Below, piece by piece: positions 1 through 5,338 of a stretch of DNA of 5,835 bases. Each line of letters begins with the position of its first letter. Position 1 is the first letter of the stretch. Made by a program: the position numbers and the translations under genes. Source of the DNA: Chlorokybus atmophyticus (Eukaryota > Plantae > Mesostigma and Chlorokybus algae). The notes beneath the pieces were generated by a model. The model ran no database searches. It was not told where the DNA came from and worked only from the letters and a program-made list of their open reading frames with translations. The stretch is taken from the NCBI GenBank assembly GCA_009103225.1, contig RHPI01002551.1, positions 1-5,835 on the forward strand, written 5' to 3'.

Positions 1-26
1 GTAAAGCAGGAGGTGCTGGAGGAGAA

Positions 27-57
27 GGGGGTGGGGGGCGGGGGGGTGGGGGAGGGG
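27..57 (+). repeat. G-tract with G-quadruplex potential (G5-T-G6-C-G7-T-G5-A-G4)
   Basis: Five G-runs of at least 4 separated by single-nucleotide loops, read directly from the sequence. Confidence 0.8.
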
Positions 58-111
58 TAATCACGGGCAAGTTTGTGCTTGGGTGTGAAGGGCATTGTCA
101 GGCGTGGGTTG

Positions 112-120
112 AAACCCTAA
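112..120 (+). promoter_or_regulatory. Telo-box (AAACCCTAA)
   Basis: Exact match to the plant-type telomeric-repeat cis-element, about 145 nt upstream of the start codon, a typical promoter/5'UTR position. A single 9-mer could be chance. Confidence 0.55.
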
Positions 121-164
121 ATCCGCGTCCACAATGGGGCGGCGGCGAAGCTGCCTGCTGATTG

Positions 165-257
165 ATGGCGTTCGGCAATGCTAACGACAGCTGGCGGTTG
201 GGTGAATGGAGCGGGGCTAGCGTGACTTGCCACAAGGCGTCGGTGTGGCAAAGTTGA
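165..257 (+). other. Upstream ORF (30 aa), in frame with the main CDS and ending 6 nt before its ATG
   Basis: ATG165...TGA255-257, MAFGNANDSWRLGEWSGASVTCHKASVWQS*. It is a uORF only if the transcription start lies upstream of 165, which is unknown. Confidence 0.35.
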
Positions 258-263
258 GTCGCA

Positions 264-398
264 ATGGCGGCTTGGGGAGCCTCTGCGAACCTGCGCAAGA
301 GTCTCTCGCATTCCATGAGGGAGATGGGCGGGTCTCCTCACACGGCTTCGCTCTACGACCCTGATTATGTCCTCTCTAGGTTGAGCAAGCTGCTTGAG
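264..398 (+). CDS. Exon 1 (aa 1-45, MAAWGASANLRKSLSHSMREMGGSPHTASLYDPDYVLSRLSKLLE); N-terminal extension plus the helix leading into BTB
   Basis: Donor GAG|GTATGC at 398/399, phase 0. 'YVLSRLSKLLE' is the amphipathic helix that normally precedes the BTB 'SD' motif. In-frame ATGs at 315 and 324 are alternative starts. Absent from the ORF track because it is too short. Confidence 0.75.
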
Positions 399-3370
399 GT
401 ATGCAGTTAAGAAGGGCATTATGTGCTTCAAGGCATGTGTGCGACAGTGCTGTGAATGAGCATTTCAGCCTGATGTCGAACGACTATGACAGTGTTTGCT
501 CTCGTGCGGCAGTGCGCTGTCAAAAGCGTGTAGAGCAGTTATCAGTTAGCTGGTTACCTGAAGTTGTATGAGAACAGTTCAGCTGCCACCACAGTCACAT
601 AGCAAGGAGTGTTTGCATAGCAGGATTGAACACTTCGCCATTGCAGTAGGCTGCGCAGGCGATCGCTTGATGTCCATTGCTGGGACTGACAGCTGCCAAT
701 CTGTCTGCTGCGTTGTGTATGCGCTCTGTGCAACAAGTGCAGACTTACCCGGATTGCACACAGTGCGCTGGCCAGAGCAGCTTGGCTTGCACGGGCTCTC
801 GCCCATCCGTGCTTCAATTCAGTGATCAGTCAAAACTGAGTAGCTGTCAACTGTACATCAATTTGCTCCACTTTGACCCTTGTTGTTGAATCACAGCTTG
901 ATGGCACTGTTTTGCATTGCACATTGCCACCTGCCCATCTTTGAACTACTCATTCATCAACAAGGCTGAAGTTTGTGGCTGTTGTGCATCGGTCTATTCT
1001 AACTAGACCCGTTTTGTGTGGTCAAGCTCACAGCTCCATCGTTGTCACAGCTCCGTAGTGTCATGGTGGCCGAGTAATGTGCCATAATTTGGGGTGCTCC
1101 CCCCCCCCTCCCCCTGCGGTATTGGTAGATTGTGCCCGTACTGGTACTAACGCTGTGCAGTACAGGATCCTTTGTGCAGTGACACAACTATTATAGTTGA
1201 CGGAGAGCGGTTCCAAGCACACAAAGCCATTCTGATGATGCACAGTGATGTCTTCCGCTGCATGTTCCAAAGGTAAATATTCCCTTGTTCAAAGTGCGCC
1301 TGTTAGGTGTCACTGCCAAAGATCATTACTGCACATGGCAACAACCTCATATTAGGCATGTCGCAGTGGTATGAGAGAAGCAGAAGTTGGAGAAGTTGAA
1401 CTAAAAGACATGGACGCTGCTGCGTTTGTTGCCGTTCTGCAGTTTATGTACAGTGGACAGTTAGCCGTGCCAGCTGAGAGTGCTGTAGATGTGCGAGTGA
1501 TTGCTGACCGACTTCAGGTACGACATGATAAACAGCCAAAAATGGTCTATACTAGCTCTGGCCGTGGTGAGTTACATATCAGCGCCAGAGCTTGCAACCC
1601 ATCACTGACACCAAGATTTGCTGCTGGTGCTGAGTGATTATGCGTTCCAGACCTCGGTGTCGCCATGCATCGTCACAACTTCCTCAACCAGCTGCACACG
1701 GATTGGACATTAACCTTGAATAATCATGATCTGCAGGTTGACAGATTGGTGGCGTTCTGCGACAGCTATTTGGCGAGCGCTGTCAATGACAAAACTTGCT
1801 GCGACCTTCTTATAAAGGCCACGTACTATGGCATGAAGGACCTAGAGCAGGAGTGTCTTTTGCACATTGTGAGCTCTTTTGACACTGTGGCAGCCAGCGA
1901 AGGCTTCTTGCGGCTTGGAGTGGAGCATGTAAAGCACATCTTGTCGCGAGATGATTTGAACGTAGAACTAGAGTTGGATGCGTTCCAGGTAAGGCAGCGT
2001 GTTGGTTATTCAAACTGTGTGCAGATGAATGCTGGCTTACTTTGCTGACTACTTCCACATGCAGGCTGTGATGTGTTGGGTAGAGGCAGATGCAGGTAGA
2101 GAGATCCATCTTGAGGACATATTTCGCCTCATACGGTGGCCGGTGATAGACGCAGCAGATTTGGCAGCCATCGCTCGCCACCCCGTCGCGACAAAGTGCC
2201 CAGCATTCAACGAGCATCTCCTGGAAGTGTTCATGTACTTAGCCAATCCGGCCACAGTAGAAGCAACCGGCAGGAGGTTCATCCCGCGAGGCGCGGACAG
2301 CGTTAGACAAATGTTTGAGCACTGCGGGCACATTGAAGAGTTCACTGTACCCTACAACGGGTTGTACAGGATTACAGCGAGGGGGGCGAAGGCGGCGGAT
2401 GGGGAGCACAGGAGAGGTGGAAGAGGGGCCATTATCTCTGGTTGCTTCAGGCTGAAAAAAGGGGACCGTCTGGAAATACTCAGGTGACTGTTGGTTGCAT
2501 GCACGTGTCTTTATTGCATGGTTACAATAGTAGCTCAAGGCTGACTGCGTGCTCATGGCAGTGGTGGTATGTCCACCAAGAGCAAGGGTGGGGACTCTGG
2601 AGGAGGTGGTGGCACGTTTGTTTCTATCAATGGCAAGCAGAACCCGTTGATAGTTGCCGGAGGAGGTGGTGGGACACGAGGTCAACCGAATGATCCAGGT
2701 ATTGTGATCAAGTGTTACAGCAGCAGTAGTATATTAGTTCAAGTGATGAACCTCTTGGCTGGTACATGTGTTGTTCTGTCTGATAGCTTTGCCCCCTTCC
2801 AGATGGCACAGATGCCTCGCTGGATGAAAATGGGACATGCGTAGACTCCGGCACCCATGGCGAAGGCGGCAGGAGAGGGGGTGCTGGAAGCACTGCACAC
2901 AGTTTCGGTGGCGGTGGTGGTGGCGGCGGCTACTTCCATAGCAACCATGATTCAGGTGACCTTGCCAACTCTTTCATGTGTGCATAGCACCCGCTGCACA
3001 CATGTTTTGCTCTGTTGTGACACGCTGTGCTGTACTACCCAATCACAGCAACGTGTTCACAAATGCGAGACAATAAGGAGTAGCCAACAGGCAGTTGACA
3101 CAGTTGTTGGTTGCTGTAACAGGGGAGGGTAGCGGCGCGCGGTCCTTTATGGCTGGTGGTGCTGCCGGAGGTGAATGCGGAGGGTTTGGTGGTGGTGGTG
3201 GCCGCGGGTTGAAGGGCGGTGGCGGCGGCGGAGGTTATAGTGGCGGTGGTGGTGGCAAAGGAGGCGGCGGGGGTGGTAGCTTTGTGCGGGAGGATGCGGT
3301 TGACGTGCGCAAGCACCTTGGCAATGAGACCCATGGGTCAGTAGAGATCGTACTATGCGCGGAAACGTAG
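264..3370 (+). CDS. Spliced gene for a 533-aa BTB/POZ-BACK protein with a C-terminal ALK/LTK-type glycine-rich domain; putative CUL3 substrate adaptor. join(264..398,1166..1272,1367..1517,1737..1988,2065..2483,2562..2698,2803..2955,3123..3370)
   Basis: Seven GT..AG introns (767, 94, 219, 76, 78, 104 and 167 nt; phases 0,2,0,0,2,1,1) join into one stop-free frame of 534 codons. The junctions rebuild family motifs: LSKLLE|DPLCSDTTIIVDGERFQAHKAIL, FRCMFQS|GMRE, IADRLQ|VDRLVAFCDSYL, DAFQ|AVMCWV, LEILS|GG, NDPD|GTDASL, HDSG|EGSG. The ATG at 264 has context gcaATGG and an in-frame TGA at 255-257 upstream. Confidence 0.88.
1099..1114 (+). repeat. C-homopolymer tract (C10-T-C5) in intron 1
   Basis: Read directly from the sequence. 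Confidence 0.8.
1145..1151 (+). promoter_or_regulatory. Perfect spliceosomal branch-point consensus TACTAAC (intron 1)
   Basis: Exact U2-complementary heptamer with branch A at 1150, 15 nt before the end of the AG at 1165. Spacing in introns 2, 4, 5 and 6 is 16-19 nt. Confidence 0.8.
1166..1272 (+). CDS. Exon 2, BTB N-terminal half (DPLCSDTTIIVDGERFQAHKAILMMHSDVFRCMFQ)
   Basis: Classic BTB signature SD-x-x-phi-x-V-x-G-x-x-F-x-AHK-x-IL...S-x-VF-x-x-MF. Branch site TACTAAC at 1145-1151, acceptor TACAG|1166, donor AAG|GTAAAT. Confidence 0.9.
1367..1517 (+). CDS. Exon 3, BTB C-terminal half (GMREAEVGEVELKDMDAAAFVAVLQFMYSGQL...IADRLQ)
   Basis: BTB motif 'GMRE...V-x-L-x-D...F...L-x-FMYSG-x-L'. 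Acceptor CGCAG|, donor CAG|GTACGA. Confidence 0.92.
1737..1988 (+). CDS. Exon 4, end of BTB and first part of BACK (3-box region)
   Basis: 'L-x-x-FC-x-x-YL...N-x-x-TC-x-x-LL-x-x-A...L-x-x-x-C...F-x-x-V-x-x-SEGFL-x-L...IL-x-x-DDLNV-x-x-E' matches the BACK pattern. Acceptor TGCAG|, donor CAG|GTAAGG. Confidence 0.92.
2065..2483 (+). CDS. Exon 5, end of BACK, PR linker and start of the glycine-rich (ALK/LTK-like) domain
   Basis: 'AVMCWV...R...L-x-x-IF-x-LIRWP' (BACK), then 'RRFIPR', then 'FTVPYNGLYRITARGA...GGRGAIISGCFRLKKGDRLEIL'. Branch GCTGACT at 2044-2050, donor CAG|GTGACT. Confidence 0.9.
2562..2698 (+). CDS. Exon 6, glycine-rich domain (GGMSTKSKGGDSGGGGGTFVSINGKQNPLIVAGGGGGTRGQPNDP)
   Basis: 'SGGGGGTFV...PLIVAGGGGG' is the core motif pair of the ALK/LTK Gly-rich family. 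Branch GCTGACT at 2540-2546, donor CAG|GTATTG. Confidence 0.9.
2803..2955 (+). CDS. Exon 7, glycine-rich domain (GTDASLDENG...FGGGGGGGGYF...)
   Basis: Phase-1 acceptor CTTCCAG|, donor CAG|GTGACC. The correct frame is not any of the listed ORFs. Reading through the donor stops at TAG 2985-2987. Confidence 0.82.
3123..3370 (+). CDS. Exon 8, end of the glycine-rich domain (...GGFGGGGG...GGGGGGGYSGG...GGSFV...NETHGSVEIVLCAET*)
   Basis: Acceptor TAACAG|3123. Of the nearby AGs checked (3090, 3094, 3103, 3122) it is the only one that keeps frame. Ends at TAG 3368-3370. Confidence 0.88.
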
Positions 3371-3542
3371 AAGAGAAGATAATTGGCATACCTCACTCTG
3401 AGACGGTGTGCGTCAAGTACTACACCGAACAGTCTCGAGCAGATATCGGGGTTTGTAGTGGGTTGGCTGCATCTACCCTGCCAGCCTGTAGAAAATCTTT
3501 TGGTTTGCCAGCTTGCTTTAGATAGACAAAGCATTGATGGTG

Positions 3543-3547
3543 TGTAA
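3543..3547 (+). promoter_or_regulatory. Candidate UGUAA polyadenylation signal
   Basis: TGTAA about 175 nt after the stop. UGUAA is the established signal in chlorophyte algae, but a 5-mer is weak evidence and the taxon is unknown. Confidence 0.25.
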
Positions 3548-4031
3548 GTAATCTAGTAAAGCATATACGTAGGTATTGACACCAAAGAGAGCTGGTCTTG
3601 GTTGCTTCAATATGTGCGCTCACGTGCGACAGCGGGTGGCGCCTAGACCCTATGGCAGTGCTAGAAGCAAGAGCACGAGGTGGTGGTTGTATAGCGCATA
3701 TTGGGCTTTATCGTGATGTGTCCCAATTCTTTTGAAGCTGTGCCTAGCCCTCTCACGGGCACCGCTTCGTTGCGACTTAATGTCCTTCCCTCTGCATGGG
3801 AGGTGAAAGAATTGTGCTATTATGCTTCGTAATGCCTACAATTGTTAACGTTATAGTGGTCAAGAGTAGGGATAGGCAGATGCACAAATTTGCGTTGAGT
3901 GTGCAATTTGAACAACAATAACACGCAAGTGTTCGCACTGTACGCCAAAAATCCGCTTATTCCATATATCTGAAAAATCTGTATTAAAGATATTCAATCT
4001 ACAAGTAGCACGTACGCTCTTGAAAGACATT

Positions 4032-4054
4032 AAGTGACAATGTTTTTGTCACTT
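4032..4054. repeat. Perfect inverted repeat, 9-bp stem and 5-nt loop
   Basis: AAGTGACAA-TGTTT-TTGTCACTT. Confidence 0.8.
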
Positions 4055-4389
4055 GTTTTTCTTCACTGCCTTATCAACCTTGAAAATTGTGATTGTGGCG
4101 CCGGTGGCAAGAAAGGCTGAGGGTAGGGCTTTTGGTAAGGGACGATGTGGTCAAGTTGGATCACCTCACTTAGCGTGCTTTGCCAACACGAGTACTGAGA
4201 TATATGGTACGACAACGGAAGTAGGTTTACCAATATCGCATATCTGTGAGAGCGATCTTGCTAACTCGCAAGTCTCTGATTACGAGTAGAGATCGTTTAT
4301 TCATCAACAAATCGAGCTTCAGCTCCAATGCTGCCTTTGTCTCTTGAACTCATTTAAATTTCAATGCAGCATCTTTCTCTCCCTTAACA

Positions 4390-4426
4390 CTGCCTCTCTC
4401 ACGCTTGATCGGCTTGGGAGAGGCAG
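4390..4426. repeat. Inverted repeat, 9-bp perfect stem extending to 12 bp with one G-T pair
   Basis: CTGCCTCTC (4390-4398) pairs with GAGAGGCAG (4418-4426). Confidence 0.75.
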
Positions 4427-4555
4427 CTCAGCGTGCGCGCGGCCTTTCCCCTTAACAGCAAGCGTGATACCCTTTAATCCCTAGCTCGCTCAATGAGCCA
4501 TAGGCCAAGTTTTAAGCGCCTCTTCCACCTCGCACATACTTCATTGTCATTCTCC

Positions 4556-4583
4556 AAACTCGACTCGACTCAACTCAACTCAA
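4556..4583 (+). repeat. Short pentanucleotide tandem repeat (CRACT)n
   Basis: AAACT CGACT CGACT CAACT CAACT CAA. Confidence 0.7.
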
Positions 4584-4722
4584 AGCAATTTCAATTGCGC
4601 CTCTCAGGCATCTGAATAAGCTTATTGTTTATGCTTAATAACTTAACGGCTATTGGTGTATGTACGTATGCGTGAGCCAATATGATGTGTATGCAACTGT
4701 CAGGAATCACTTCGATCAAACA

Positions 4723-4763
4723 TTGGCCAAACAGAGCAGGGTGTACGCCTGCTCTGGGGCCAA
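4723..4763. repeat. Two-part hairpin: 6-bp outer stem, 3x1 internal loop, 9-bp inner stem, 7-nt loop
   Basis: TTGGCC-AAA-CAGAGCAGG-GTGTACG-CCTGCTCTG-G-GGCCAA. Confidence 0.8.
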
Positions 4764-4804
4764 AATCTACTTAATCTCCACATTTATGCTTTAGCGCTGC
4801 CACA

Positions 4805-4844
4805 ATCCCGTCACATACTCATGTCATGTGAGTATGTGATGGAT
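4805..4844. repeat. Hairpin with an 11-bp perfect stem, 7-nt loop and imperfect outer extension
   Basis: TCACATACTCA (4811-4821)-TGTCATG-TGAGTATGTGA (4829-4839), with outer ATCCCG/TGGAT. Confidence 0.8.
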
Positions 4845-5197
4845 GCGATCGTTGCGTATGGCTTGCACAACATGCAATGACAGCCTATCATGACATTAAT
4901 GTAACAACATGGAAAGGGCGTAGACGGCAAGGTTGACAAGTCATCGGTAAGTGTGCATTTGTGACGTTTCCACACCTACTTACTTGCTGGTTGGCTTGGC
5001 AACATATGCACAAGCATAAGGACTTGGGACACATTATGGATGGAAGACCCACTAGCCACCATCGGCGCACCACCTTACATGAGGGTTATTGCACCACTGG
5101 AAGGAGAGGACACCCACATTCGAAACACCTTTCCACGCCAAGTACTCACACGAAAGAAGGATAACCACACGCCCCTCCACTCAGCTTTAGCCGCAGG

Positions 5198-5338
5198 CAC
5201 ACACACACGCATGCACCTAAAGTGGCGCGCACACACACATACGCTAGCACACCCCACAAGGGATGAGAGCCCCTTCAACAGCTACTAGCCAGGCACCCCA
5301 CGCACAAGTGGCCCTCTCGCAAGGTCAAGACACACACA
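5198..5338 (+). repeat. Cluster of three short (CA)n microsatellites
   Basis: (CA)5C at 5198-5208, (CA)5 at 5230-5239, (CA)4 at 5331-5338. Confidence 0.65.

Noticed and set aside
1-60. Frame-1 open stretch VKQEVLEEKGVGGGGVGEG* as the tail of an upstream gene
   Set aside because: Only 19 codons, mostly produced by the G-tract, and it would leave little room for a 3'UTR and promoter. It cannot be tested within the window.
264-398. Signal peptide, which would make the Gly-rich domain extracellular as in ALK
   Set aside because: No hydrophobic core in the N-terminus and no TM segment anywhere in the 533 aa.
554-889. Overlapping ORFs of 70-87 aa in intron 1
   Set aside because: No recognisable motif, and the length is compatible with chance at about 50% GC.
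48-1114. Long-range pairing between the 5' G-tract and the intron-1 C-tract
   Set aside because: Complementarity between homopolymers is uninformative, and it is unknown whether both are in one transcript.
1371-3132. ORF-track entries 1371..1637, 1665..2048, 2029..2487, 2569..2844, 2857..3132 as separate genes
   Set aside because: They are exons read into adjacent introns, or the wrong frame (2857..3132). Family similarity stops exactly at the GT/AG sites.
3147-3534. Minus-strand Pro/His/Thr-rich ORFs (3147..3389, 3235..3534, 3035..3334; likewise 2739..2948)
   Set aside because: Antisense shadows of the GGN-rich glycine codons of exons 7-8.
4032-4064. Hairpin plus T-run as a rho-independent terminator
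   Set aside because: The locus is eukaryotic and the stem is AT-rich.
4462-4472. Minus-strand GGGTATCACGC as a tRNA-Met primer-binding site of an LTR element
   Set aside because: Imperfect match to TGGTATCAGAGC, not preceded by an LTR-ending CA, and no LTR pair or pol remnants are visible.
4723-4860. H/ACA snoRNA or Helitron 3' end
   Set aside because: The hairpins are too short, with no pseudouridylation pockets or properly placed ACA. No CTRR|T terminus lies about 10 nt after either hairpin on either strand.
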